Numbered from the stretch's first letter, positions 1 to 8,769 are shown. The stretch is 14,366 bases of DNA from Candidatus Hydrogenedentota bacterium (GCA_034408725.1 JAWXCN010000052.1:1-14366); one strand, 5' to 3'. Notes: generated by a model not told the origin, from the sequence alone. Program-made: numbers and translations.

Positions 1-901
1 CTGCGAGACACGCCAGCGGGAGCGTAACGCGATCGCTAATCTCCGAGCGCAACGTGCGCAAATTTTCGGCATTGGGCCGGGACCGAAATTCCTGGTACCG
101 GGCCGCGGACTTTTTTTCTCGTTCGATCAGTTCGGTCAACATCATGGCCCGATGTTGCGCCGGCGGAGGCCGCAACGCGGGAGAGTTGAGATTGATCGCT
201 TGTTCATCGAAGAGGATCGGCATAACCGAATCCCCTTTTTGCGGCATGATCTGGTGTCCGTTCCGGAGCACCAATAACGCTCCACTGCCGGAGTCAACGA
301 ACTGCGCGCTTTCCGCGTAGAAAATCCAGTCGCGTCCGGTTTTCGGTTGCACGACGACAATGTCGCCGAACAGTTTCTTCTCCGCGTCGCGGGTCTTGAA
401 CGAAACGCGGATACCGCCGAAGTCATTCATCACGCCTACGGGCAAAACGTCGAGCGTGATGCGTTGTGGAAGTTCGACGTAGAGCAGTTGGTTGGCGTGG
501 TCCATCGCGCGCGGTTGCACGCGGTCCTGAAGAAAAAATGTTCCAACGCTCAGCACCGCCCCGACAAGGACAACGGGAACCACAAGCCGTTTAAGCGGAA
601 TGCCGGCGGCTTTCATCGCGGTGATTTCGTTGTGCTGCGCGAGACGGCCAAACGCGAGAAGAATTCCCATCATGTACGCGATCGGTATGAGATATGCGAA
701 CAGGGTCGGACTGAAATAGAGAATGAGGCGGGCGACGTCCCAGCCGCTGAGGTATTCGAGCGGCAACGCGACGCGGCGTTCGCGCAGTTCGTTGGCAACG
801 CCCACGAACCCGATGATGGCCATGGCCAACGCCGCCGGCACGAGAATCTCGCGCAGGGAGTAGCGGGTGAGAATGGAATATAGGCTGCGAAGTTTAAGCA
901 T
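1..901 (-). CDS. LptF/LptG family LPS export ABC transporter permease (3' end runs off the window)
   Basis: Translated by hand (absent from the ORF track because there is no stop in the window): ATG at 901, MLKLRSLYSILTRYSLREILVP...YLIPIAYMMGILLAFGRLAQHNEITAMKAAGIPLKRL...EISDRVTLPLACLA. The GRLxxxNEITAMKAAG and RxxLPLACL motifs are typical of LptF/LptG. LptF and LptG cannot be told apart by eye. Confidence 0.9.
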   Translation of the reverse strand, partial: MLKLRSLYSILTRYSLREILVPAALAMAIIGFVGVANELRERRVALPLEYLSGWDVARLILYFSPTLFAYLIPIAYMMGILLAFGRLAQHNEITAMKAAGIPLKRLVVPVVLVGAVLSVGTFFLQDRVQPRAMDHANQLLYVELPQRITLDVLPVGVMNDFGGIRVSFKTRDAEKKLFGDIVVVQPKTGRDWIFYAESAQFVDSGSGALLVLRNGHQIMPQKGDSVMPILFDEQAINLNSPALRPPPAQHRAMMLTELIEREKKSAARYQEFRSRPNAENLRTLRSEISDRVTLPLACLA

Positions 902-911
902 TCGATTCAGT

Positions 912-917
912 ATTATA
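912..917 (-). promoter_or_regulatory. Candidate sigma70 -10 box (TATAAT) for the LptF/G gene
   Basis: The minus strand reads gcgTATAATactgaatcgaATG: a perfect -10 hexamer 10 nt before the ATG, with no SD and no well-spaced -35. Confidence 0.45.
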
Positions 918-1044
918 CGCTGTGCGGCAGGCGTAAACGGAATCGATTGACCGAGCGGTTATCGGACGAAATCAAGGAAGTGCGCGACAGGATTTTACAG
1001 CAATTGGAATCCCTTCTCTAAACTACGCGCTATTCGTGCTCGCA

Positions 1045-1073
1045 TCGACTTCCCCAGGCGCGTGGTATAGAAT
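1045..1073 (+). promoter_or_regulatory. Candidate sigma70 promoter for the DUF151 gene
   Basis: TCGACT (1045-1050), 17-bp spacer, TAGAAT (1068-1073), followed by SD AAGGAG at 1081-1086 and ATG at 1095. Confidence 0.5.
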
Positions 1074-1094
1074 GCGGTTGAAGGAGAATCGGAC

Positions 1095-1559
1095 ATGGTG
1101 AAACTCGAAGTCATGGGCGTCAGCATGGACAGCACCCATCAGCCGGTCGTGCTGCTGCGCAATGAAGACCGTGTCCTGCCAATCGTCGTCGGTATTTTCG
1201 AGGCTGAAGCCATCCATGCCGGGCTGGTCAGTAAAGACTATGGCCGTCCGATGACCCACGATCTCATCCGCAATCTGCTCGCAGGTCTGCGCGGCACCGT
1301 GCAATCCGTCACAATTTACAAGCTCGAAAACGAAACCTTCTTCGCGCACGTGAATATCGAGCAGCGGTCCGTAAACGGGCAGGTCGAGCAGGTGCTTCGG
1401 GTTGATTCGCGACCCAGCGACGGCATCGCTATCGCCTGCCGGACCGACGCGCCCATCCTCGCGACGCAGGCGGTGATGGACCAGGCTTCGCAGGATGTAT
1501 CGATCCTCAGCGGGAACGAAGAAAGCGACGACAGCGAGGAACAGGAATTCGATTCGTAG
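1095..1559 (+). CDS. Bifunctional nuclease family protein (DUF151 / BFN domain)
   Basis: Motifs LPIVVGIFEAEAI, RPMTHDL, FFAHV and VDSRPSDGIAIA; acidic tail; strong SD (AAGGAG). Confidence 0.92.
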   Translation: MVKLEVMGVSMDSTHQPVVLLRNEDRVLPIVVGIFEAEAIHAGLVSKDYGRPMTHDLIRNLLAGLRGTVQSVTIYKLENETFFAHVNIEQRSVNGQVEQVLRVDSRPSDGIAIACRTDAPILATQAVMDQASQDVSILSGNEESDDSEEQEFDS

Positions 1560-1574
1560 GTGGGTTGGGGAACG

Positions 1575-4500
1575 CTACTCTTCTTTCCGTTGGTTTTCCG
1601 GTTGAGGTAGATTCGGAGGTTGCGACGGCGGCGGCGCATCGGGTTTGCGCGTATCGAGCAGACGCGCCGCGTAGTAGTATCCGAAGCTCACCACGAACAT
1701 CAGCGTTGCCAGGCCGATGAACGCGAGTGGCCGGTATACGCCGGTGAGTTCATACGCATCCTTGAACAGCCGCAGAATCGCCAGCAGAAACACACCGAGG
1801 CCTGCGTACCGGTAGAAGCGTTGAGCCGTAATGAGCGATACTGCAAACAGCACGATGGCGAGCAAGCCCCAGCCAACCGTAAGAAAATATTCTTTCAGCG
1901 TCGGTATGCGTTCGACCATTACCACCAACAGAATGCTCGCGAAGCCAACGGCGACGCCGCAAAGCGGTTGGAGAAACGGCTGGAAGCGCGGCGTCTTGAT
2001 CCGCACGATGAGCCGTTCGCATATCGCCCAGAAAACTGCAAGCGAAATATAGCCGCAAATGATCGCCAACGTTGACAGCTCGCGCTGGTAAGAATCATTG
2101 ATGATTTCCAATGAACCGAACAGCGCGCCAATGCCGGCGACGGTCACCGCTGTGCGCGATCGCGTGAACGCCGCATAGCCCGCGTAAGCAAATGAAACCA
2201 ACGCCGCCGCGAAGGGTTGCCAATCATCGGCGTAATAGCCGAAACCCTCGGTTGCTGGTCCGGGAACGTCATTGAACCACCACGCATCCTTGCCCAGCGC
2301 GGCCACGTAGCGCATGACCAGGAACCAACCGAACGCCAGCGCGGCCGCGCCCCAGGGAGCGAGCGACTCGGCCGTGACTTTTCGCGCATAGAACCGGTCG
2401 ATGAAAATGCTCACGCCAAGGCCGATCAGCACGATTGCGTGCCATTGCGTCGTCGCGCTGTCATCGGAATGCACGGACCATCCGATCACCGCAAACCCCA
2501 GCAACACTATCGAGGATGTTGCGAGTGCGCGCGCGTGAAGCAGCGTGGTGAGAATGGCGGCCGCCGCCGCCGCAATGGCGAGGTAGAGCGCGCCGTGCAG
2601 GCTGGATTCGGTGCGCGCAAGCAGCGCGATAACGAGCATCAACGCGGTCGTGCAATAGAGGAAATACGGCGACGGGCGCATCTGGTGAAACGCGAGGCCT
2701 TCGTTGGCGCCCGCTATGCGCCGATCACCCAACACACTCGCCGCCATCACCATGGTAGTTGTTGCCCAGATTAGCCAGACCGGGGCATTATCAGCGACTA
2801 CGTTCGCAACAAATGCGCTTGCCAATGTGGGGGCCAACGCAAGCATCGCAACGAGCCCGAGCGGGCGCGCGCGCAAGACGTACGCGCCGATGGTGGCGAG
2901 CAGCACGAACAATGCAAGGGGTCCAACGCGATGCGCGTTCCCGGCGAGAATCATTGAGTACAGGCATACGAGAATTAGACCGCCCAGCGCGTACAGGTAG
3001 GGAAATAAAAGACCATCGAATGGTTTTTCGCGCGTAACGCGATTCCGGGGCGGTTCCGAAACGAGGTCAAGCTTCCAGAACAGACCCAAGGTGTCTGGCG
3101 AGACAGGCAAAGTCGCGGGAGAACGTTGGGACCAGTCGGTGCGCTGGTATAACTGCGAGGCAACAAACAGGCCCGCGACCGCAAACATGGCTTCGACAAT
3201 GCGCCGGCTGTGTTCCGGGTTGTCATATCGCACGGTCCACACGTCGATCCAGCCGTAGAGCGCCTGCAACACGCAAAGCGCGGCGACCGCGAATGCAAGC
3301 ACACGGGTGACTACGAGGCCTGAACGCCGCGCGGAATACAACAAGACGACGGCTTGAATAGCGAGTGAAGCAGTAAGCGTGCCTTGGCCGTAGCGCACGG
3401 CCAGCGCAAGTGTAAAAACGGAAACGGCCTTGGTGAGATAGACGTTGTACAGCGGGTCGCCCTTGCGCAGCCGCAGATAGCCAAGGCCAATCAGGCCCAA
3501 CACGACGGCGTACGTCGCAAGCACAACGTCGCGGTATTGCAGCATGTGATCATATTTGTGAAATGCCGCGGTGCCCAACAAGAAGAAGAACGCGGAATTG
3601 GCCGACACGAACAAGGTGCGGTATTTCGTGGGCACGAGCGAGCGGCGAAGGTCTTCAGGACTAAGAAGCTCCGCAAGCGCAAACGTGAGCATGTATACAC
3701 AGAGAAATCCAAAAGTGAGATTGAAATCCGCCTGTTCGGTTGTGGGGGCAAGATTGACAAACCAAAGCGTGTGGTTAATGTAGCAGCCGATCATTCCGAC
3801 GACCGCGACGTAGTACCACCGGTTTGCGAGAAGGAAGAACGCGCTGCCGAGTCCGAGCACAGCAATTCCCACGATGGACAGGCGCGCCAACTCACCGTCA
3901 GTCAAAAATGCAAGCGCCATAGTGAGATGGCCAAGCAGGGTGACAAGAGTGGCCACGATGCGCGACCTTCGCACTTGCGCGACCACGCCCCAGAGAGTCA
4001 CGACGCCGAGCAGCGCAACAATTCCCGCGGTTTCGCTGTAGATGATGCGCGCAGCGTCGATGTAATGTGCGGCAAACGTGACGAAATAACTGATGCCGAT
4101 GCCGGAGGCATAAAGCACCCGGGCGTATGGGAGATACTTTTTCTCGAGACGCCAGCCGGCGAAAAGCACGACAGCCGCCACGCCGTAGCCAAAACCGACA
4201 CGCATCAGGGGCGTTGTGTGTGGGCTAATATAATATAAAGTCCAAACCACGCCAATCGCGAGCAGCACACTCGCTATGCGCAGCAACCAATACATCCCGA
4301 TGCGTGCTTCGATGCCCGCGGGAGGTTGCGCAAGTTTGCGCGAGGATTGCGAAACCTTGGGAAGCGCGGGTTCCTCATGGGTGCTCGCGAAAGTCGGGGA
4401 AGCAACCGGGATCGGCACAGGAACCGGTTCGATCAATGGCCCGTGGTCGTCCGTAACAGGCAGAGGCGGAGGCATGCCGGGACTTTGCGATACAGGTTTC

Positions 4501-4667
4501 GAGGGTGGAGCGTCTTCCGGAGGATGCGGCGCTGCCTGTTCTTTCGCTATGGATTCCAGTCTCAGATCGCGCTCAATCGCCGCAATCTGATTTTTCATGC
4601 GGGCAGCACGGTTCAACAAGTCATCCAGCTCGTGCCGGAGCGACTGCAGCTCATCGTCGTAGCGCAT
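1575..4667 (-). CDS. DUF2339 domain-containing large polytopic membrane protein
   Basis: N-terminal coiled-coil-like segment, Pro-rich linker, then the DUF2339-type entry EARIGMYWLLRIASVLLAIGV followed by many hydrophobic helices. ATG at 4667 (MRYDDELQ) is preferred over the in-frame TTG at 4727. Confidence 0.8.
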   Translation of the reverse strand: MRYDDELQSLRHELDDLLNRAARMKNQIAAIERDLRLESIAKEQAAPHPPEDAPPSKPVSQSPGMPPPLPVTDDHGPLIEPVPVPIPVASPTFASTHEEPALPKVSQSSRKLAQPPAGIEARIGMYWLLRIASVLLAIGVVWTLYYISPHTTPLMRVGFGYGVAAVVLFAGWRLEKKYLPYARVLYASGIGISYFVTFAAHYIDAARIIYSETAGIVALLGVVTLWGVVAQVRRSRIVATLVTLLGHLTMALAFLTDGELARLSIVGIAVLGLGSAFFLLANRWYYVAVVGMIGCYINHTLWFVNLAPTTEQADFNLTFGFLCVYMLTFALAELLSPEDLRRSLVPTKYRTLFVSANSAFFFLLGTAAFHKYDHMLQYRDVVLATYAVVLGLIGLGYLRLRKGDPLYNVYLTKAVSVFTLALAVRYGQGTLTASLAIQAVVLLYSARRSGLVVTRVLAFAVAALCVLQALYGWIDVWTVRYDNPEHSRRIVEAMFAVAGLFVASQLYQRTDWSQRSPATLPVSPDTLGLFWKLDLVSEPPRNRVTREKPFDGLLFPYLYALGGLILVCLYSMILAGNAHRVGPLALFVLLATIGAYVLRARPLGLVAMLALAPTLASAFVANVVADNAPVWLIWATTTMVMAASVLGDRRIAGANEGLAFHQMRPSPYFLYCTTALMLVIALLARTESSLHGALYLAIAAAAAAILTTLLHARALATSSIVLLGFAVIGWSVHSDDSATTQWHAIVLIGLGVSIFIDRFYARKVTAESLAPWGAAALAFGWFLVMRYVAALGKDAWWFNDVPGPATEGFGYYADDWQPFAAALVSFAYAGYAAFTRSRTAVTVAGIGALFGSLEIINDSYQRELSTLAIICGYISLAVFWAICERLIVRIKTPRFQPFLQPLCGVAVGFASILLVVMVERIPTLKEYFLTVGWGLLAIVLFAVSLITAQRFYRYAGLGVFLLAILRLFKDAYELTGVYRPLAFIGLATLMFVVSFGYYYAARLLDTRKPDAPPPSQPPNLPQPENQRKEE

Positions 4668-4759
4668 ACGGCGTTTTACCCCACTCAAACCCGGCGAAAG
4701 AATACGGAGAAGCAAGGTGCGCTGCAAGAATAGGTCGAATCCAGAATGCGGTGGGGATT

Positions 4760-5010
4760 ATTTGGACTGCGGTCACGGAGCGCCAGCTCCCGTGTTTGGA
4801 AAGAGCGCCATTTGGACTGCGGTGGCGGAGCGGGTAGCGTAGACACCGCTTTGGCTGTTTATGGGCGAGGATTTCGTGCGCGCACGATAAAGGTAGACCA
4901 ACTTTGATAAACAGCCAAAGCGGCGCGTTGTGGGCCGCCGCAGTCCAAATAGGCTTCTTGTTATGACGTGGTTTTTGGGGAGGGCTATTTGAACTGCAGT
5001 GGCGAAGCGA
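4760..5010. repeat. REP/REPIN-like palindromic repeat cluster, family A (TTTGGACTGCGG...CCGCTTTGG)
   Basis: Complete inverted doublet 4810-4950: ATTTGGACTGCGG (4810-4822) / CCGCAGTCCAAAT (4938-4950) and CCGCTTTGGCTGTTTAT (4846-4862) / ATAAACAGCCAAAGCGG (4907-4923), with the internal palindrome TCGTGCGCGCACGA (4874-4887). Partial or degenerate copies start at 4760 and 4987. Confidence 0.85.
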
Positions 5011-5035
5011 ATCGCGCCTTGGCCCGCCAACCCGC

Positions 5036-5041
5036 TACAAT
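5036..5041 (+). promoter_or_regulatory. Candidate -10 box (TACAAT) of a leaderless transcript for the hydrolase
   Basis: TACAAT-cagcgc-ATG (5048); no SD sequence. Confidence 0.5.
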
Positions 5042-5047
5042 CAGCGC

Positions 5048-6085
5048 ATGAGGTTGCATTCCATCGCGCGACAGCGAAAACTTTTCTTGAGCGTTTTCGC
5101 GCTTTCCGCGGTGTTTGGTGTCACGCACGCGGATGGACAAAACGCGCCTAAACCTCTCGCTCCTGCGGGCTATGCCAATGAGAAGGCTATCCGCAAGGCG
5201 TTTCGCTCCGGGGCGCTTGCGAAAACGAGCATTGATTTGGGTGACCTTGCGAAAGTTGTGATTCATCGCGACCTTGTGTATGCCGCCGCATCCTCGCGCA
5301 ATGTGCTTGACGTGTATCGCCCGCGGGAATCAATAGCTCCGGCGCCAATCGTTTTATTCGTACACGGCGGCGCATGGGACCATGGCGACAAAAAATCGCT
5401 CGGGGCATACGCAGCGCATTTCGCGGCGCGCGGGTACGTGTGCATGTCGATGAATTACCGGCTATCTGACAACGCGCCGTATCCGGCGGCGGTCGATGAT
5501 GTGCGCACCGCGGTGGCGTGGGCGCGCGCAAACGCGGCAAATCATGGTGGCGATGCTGGCCGCATTGCCCTCGTGGGATATTCGGCGGGAGCCCACCTCG
5601 TGATGTTGTGCGCGTACAAGGAACCAGGTCTGCCCGAAGTGCAGTGCGTCGTGGATATGTACGGTCCCGTTGATCTTACCGCCGCGTATGCGCGCCGTAT
5701 GAAAGCCGTGCGCGTTTTTCTGGACGGATCATATCGCGAAGTGCCGGACCGGTATCGAGCAGCCTCCCCCTTGACCTATGTCAGGTCCGCGGTTCCACCC
5801 ACGCTAATCGTTCATGGCGACGCCGATGACGTCGTACCTGTGGAACAGGCGGAAACACTCGCGCGTGCGCTGGAGAAGAACGGCGTCCGCCACGAATTCC
5901 AGCGCTTGGCGGGATGGGACCACGCGCCGGACCGCGCGGCGCCTGTCTTCCGGCATTGCGTTATCGTGATGGACCGTTTCTTCAAGGACGTGCTTGCGGG
6001 AGGGCGCGGGTACGCGCGCGCTCTTCATTCTCCCATCGTCACGGACCGCCCAGGCGCGCGGGGACGCGCGCCCTCCCACGAATAA
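5048..6085 (+). CDS. Exported alpha/beta hydrolase (acetyl esterase/lipase, HSL-like / BD-FAE-like)
   Basis: Oxyanion motif HGGAW, NYRL, nucleophile elbow GYSAG, acid motif HGDADDVVP, His in GWDH; N-terminal signal-peptide-like segment ending THA-D. The last ~29 codons overlap a repeat. Confidence 0.9.
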   Translation: MRLHSIARQRKLFLSVFALSAVFGVTHADGQNAPKPLAPAGYANEKAIRKAFRSGALAKTSIDLGDLAKVVIHRDLVYAAASSRNVLDVYRPRESIAPAPIVLFVHGGAWDHGDKKSLGAYAAHFAARGYVCMSMNYRLSDNAPYPAAVDDVRTAVAWARANAANHGGDAGRIALVGYSAGAHLVMLCAYKEPGLPEVQCVVDMYGPVDLTAAYARRMKAVRVFLDGSYREVPDRYRAASPLTYVRSAVPPTLIVHGDADDVVPVEQAETLARALEKNGVRHEFQRLAGWDHAPDRAAPVFRHCVIVMDRFFKDVLAGGRGYARALHSPIVTDRPGARGRAPSHE

Positions 6086-6163
6086 CAACGGTTTGGTTTC
6101 GGCCAAGCGCGAGCGCGCGGGGACGCGCGCCCTCCCGCGAATGACAACGGTTTTGGTTTCGGC
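5998..6163. repeat. REP-like repeat cluster, family B (GCGCGCGGGGACGCGCGCCCTCCC)
   Basis: Two direct copies 59 nt apart (6054-6103 and 6113-6163: GCGCGCGGGGACGCGCGCCCTCCCnCGAATnACAACGGTTT(T)GGTTTCGGC) plus an imperfect inverted copy GGGAGGGCGCGGGTACGCGCGCGC at 5998-6021. Confidence 0.8.
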
Positions 6164-6261
6164 ATAGCGGACTCGCGCCCAATGGTCTCTGTTGGCTACA
6201 CTGCGTCCGAAGAACGGCGCACTGCCCGGGGGGCACTTTTCTGAGCACAATTGATCTGACG

Positions 6262-7926
6262 TTGTTGTTGCTGTCACTGGGCGTGCTGCTCACCGTGGCG
6301 CGCGCGCTCGGCGAACTTGCCGACAAACTTGGGCAACCGACGGTACTTGGCGAAATTACGGCGGGCGTGCTGCTTGGCCCGACCCTGCTCGGCCGCATCG
6401 CTCCCGATCTTGCCATAACGCTGTTTCCCGCCGTAGGTCCGCGCGCGACTGTGTTGGAAGGACTGTTTCTTCTCTCGATCGTGCTGTTCATGCTCGTGGC
6501 TGGACTCGAGGTTGATCTGTCGAACGCGATTCGGCAGGGAAAAACCGCCGCGCTCGTAGGTATCGCCGGAATCACGCTGCCTTTTGCGCTGGGATTTGCC
6601 GCGGCATGGATTGCGCCCAGCACGCTGGGTCACGAAGGGGAATCGTCCCGTCTTGTTTTCGCGCTGTTCATCGCAACTGCACTTTCTATTTCCGCGCTGC
6701 CCGTCATCGCAAAAACACTCATGGACCTCGGCCTGTACTACACCGACGTTGGCATGATCGTCATCTCCGCGGCCATCTTCAGCGACCTGTTCGGGTGGCT
6801 TTTGTTTGCGCTCATCCTCGGGCTTATGGGCGCTGATACGGCCCACCCCGGCGGTATCGGCGTGACCATCGCCCTTGTGATTGGATATGCGGTAGTAATG
6901 CTCACCGCGGTGCGCTGGCTCATCCACCGCACGCTACCGTGGGTGCAAGCGCACACGAGTTTTCCCGGCGGCGTCATGGGGCTCGCGTTGGCCACGGCCT
7001 TGTGCGGCGCGGCCTTCACTGAGTGGGCTGGCGTTCACGCCATCTTCGGCGCGTTCCTTGCCGGCGTGGCCATCGGAGATTCACCACACCTCCGCAATTA
7101 CACGCGCACAATTATCCGGCAGTTCATTGCATTTTTTTTCGCGCCGCTGTTTTTTGGTTCGATTGGACTAAAAGTCGATTTCTTCGCGCACTTCGATCCT
7201 GTGTTGGTCGTGATTGTTATCGCGCTCGCGTGCGCTGGAAAAATCACGGCCTGCGGCGCCGCGGGAATCTGGGCCGGCATGCCGCGGCGGGAAGCATGGG
7301 CCGTTGGACTAGCGCTTAATGCGCGCGGCGCGATGGAAATCATTCTCGGCACGCTTGCGCTTCGTTACGGCGTAATCAACGAACGCCTGTTTGTCGCCCT
7401 TGTCATCATGGCTTTGGCCACATCAGTGTTGAGCGGCTTGACGATTCCGGTTGTTCTGCGGCGCGCGAAATCACGAAAGATTGAGGATTTCCTTTCCGCG
7501 CGCACGTTCGCCGGCAATTTGAAATCGTCCACGATGCTGGACGCCATCAACGAACTTTCGGAAGTCCTGTCCCCTGTCGCGGGTGTCTCGCCCGGCGAAT
7601 TGGGCCGCGCGGTTTGGGACCGCGAGCAGAATGCTTCGACAGCGCTGGGCAACGGAGTAGCAGTGCCACACGCGCGCCTGCCGGCCACCGGCGGTTTTTG
7701 CCTGGGGGCCGGGATTTCCCAGCGCGGCATCGATGTCAACGCGCCGGACGGCCGCCCCGCACACATTTTCTTTTTCTTCGTGTCGCCGCGGAACGACGAC
7801 GGCGTTCAGTTGGAGCTGTTGGCGGACATTGCCGAGCGGTTCACCGATCCCATGTTTCACGAGAAGCTGTCGGGGACAACGTCGTACACGGAATTCCTTG
7901 CGGTGCTGCGCACGCGCGGCGACTAA
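6262..7926 (+). CDS. Cation:proton antiporter (CPA2, KefB-like) fused to a C-terminal PTS EIIA-type domain
   Basis: GQPTVLGEITAGVLLGPTLLG, FMLVAGLEVD, SISALPVIAKTLMDL, HAIFGAFLAG, FFGSIGL and LNARGAMEII are CPA2 motifs; the C-terminal REQNASTALGNGVAVPHAR is the PTS EIIA signature. The start codon is uncertain (TTG 6262 or CTG 6241). Confidence 0.9.
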   Translation: MLLLSLGVLLTVARALGELADKLGQPTVLGEITAGVLLGPTLLGRIAPDLAITLFPAVGPRATVLEGLFLLSIVLFMLVAGLEVDLSNAIRQGKTAALVGIAGITLPFALGFAAAWIAPSTLGHEGESSRLVFALFIATALSISALPVIAKTLMDLGLYYTDVGMIVISAAIFSDLFGWLLFALILGLMGADTAHPGGIGVTIALVIGYAVVMLTAVRWLIHRTLPWVQAHTSFPGGVMGLALATALCGAAFTEWAGVHAIFGAFLAGVAIGDSPHLRNYTRTIIRQFIAFFFAPLFFGSIGLKVDFFAHFDPVLVVIVIALACAGKITACGAAGIWAGMPRREAWAVGLALNARGAMEIILGTLALRYGVINERLFVALVIMALATSVLSGLTIPVVLRRAKSRKIEDFLSARTFAGNLKSSTMLDAINELSEVLSPVAGVSPGELGRAVWDREQNASTALGNGVAVPHARLPATGGFCLGAGISQRGIDVNAPDGRPAHIFFFFVSPRNDDGVQLELLADIAERFTDPMFHEKLSGTTSYTEFLAVLRTRGD

Positions 7927-7952
7927 TTGTGTGGTAAAGTAGCAATGCCGCT

Positions 7953-8429
7953 ATGAACAAGCACGTCACAAAAACTGCCCGGACGCTGATTAAAAATGTC
8001 GGCAAACACGTCAAGCGTGTCGCGCTCGGACGCGAATCCCTGCGGGACGCGGTCGAGGGCGTCACGGAAGACGCCGACAGGCTCAAGCGCGTGGCGAAAG
8101 GGGCGAAGGCCCCCGGTTCGCATCATCTCGCGTCGCAGTACGTCGAGAAAGGCCGTCGCGCATACAACGACAAGAACTTCAAGATGGCCGAGGATTTGTT
8201 TCGCCACGCGATCATCGAAAATCCGCGCTATGCGTTGGCGTTTACGTATCTGGGTTCGACGTTGTACAACCTCCAACGCATCAACGATGCAACGAGCATG
8301 TGGATGAAGGCCATCGAAGTAGACCCCGATTCCGAAGCCGCGGCAAAGGCCATGCGACACTTGCGACGCGTGAAATGGCGTAAGGATGCTGTAATCGCGG
8401 ATATTGAGCGCAGCATCCGCGGCGAGTAA
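7953..8429 (+). CDS. Tetratricopeptide repeat protein
   Basis: TPR-like pattern GRRAYNDKNFKMAEDLFRHAIIENPRYALAFTYLGSTLY...AIEVDPDSEAA, preceded by a basic N-terminal helix. Confidence 0.8.
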   Translation: MNKHVTKTARTLIKNVGKHVKRVALGRESLRDAVEGVTEDADRLKRVAKGAKAPGSHHLASQYVEKGRRAYNDKNFKMAEDLFRHAIIENPRYALAFTYLGSTLYNLQRINDATSMWMKAIEVDPDSEAAAKAMRHLRRVKWRKDAVIADIERSIRGE

Positions 8430-8444
8430 TGGCACAGACCCGTA

Positions 8445-8725
8445 CCCTTGCTGTGCGCGCACGAAGTCGCCGCCCATAAACAGCCAAAAGCGGTGTCTGC
8501 GCTACCCCCTCCGCCACCGCAGTCCAAATAGTCCTCTACCCAAAGTGGTCCTTCTCACAAAACTACGTTTTAACAGAAGCCTATTTGGACTGCGGCGGCC
8601 CTCAAGGCGCCGCTTTGGCTGTTTATCACAGATGGTCTACCCCTTGCTGGGTGGTACCGAAGTCGTCGAAAATAAACAGCCAAAGCGGAGTCTGCGCTAC
8701 CCGCTCCGCCGCCGCAGTCCAAATA
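8445..8725. repeat. REP/REPIN-like palindromic repeat cluster, family A (second locus, opposite orientation)
   Basis: Complete doublet 8582-8725 with 18-bp perfect terminal inverted repeats TATTTGGACTGCGGCGGC / GCCGCCGCAGTCCAAATA and an inner 17-bp IR (8610-8626 / 8672-8688); a half copy lies at about 8445-8530. Aligns by eye to the reverse complement of 4810-4980. Confidence 0.88.
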
Positions 8726-8757
8726 AAGTCCTTTCGTGTTGTTATCGTAATTCGGCA

Positions 8758-8763
8758 TACAAT
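8758..8763 (+). promoter_or_regulatory. Candidate -10 box (TACAAT) of a leaderless transcript for the alcohol dehydrogenase
   Basis: TACAAT-acgggt-ATG (8770); same geometry as at 5036-5050. Confidence 0.5.
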
Positions 8764-8769
8764 ACGGGT

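Noticed and set aside
347-883. 178-aa plus-strand ORF (and 54..320)
   Set aside because: Antisense shadows of the LptF/G permease gene.
1620-4837. Many plus-strand ORFs up to 284 aa opposite the DUF2339 gene, and similar shadow ORFs over other genes
   Set aside because: Typical antisense or off-frame ORFs of GC-rich coding DNA, with no recognisable motifs.
4773-5030. 85-aa ORF resembling parts of the 8404 ORF extension
   Set aside because: The similarity comes from translating the same DNA repeat; it is not a protein family.
4760-8725. Repeat clusters as CRISPR arrays
   Set aside because: Units are inverted pairs with similar rather than unique spacers, copy number is low, spacing is irregular, and no cas genes are present.
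8404-8769. 122-aa N-terminal extension of the alcohol dehydrogenase in the ORF track
   Set aside because: It translates the palindromic repeat cluster and overlaps the TPR gene; the ADH fold begins at ATG 8770.
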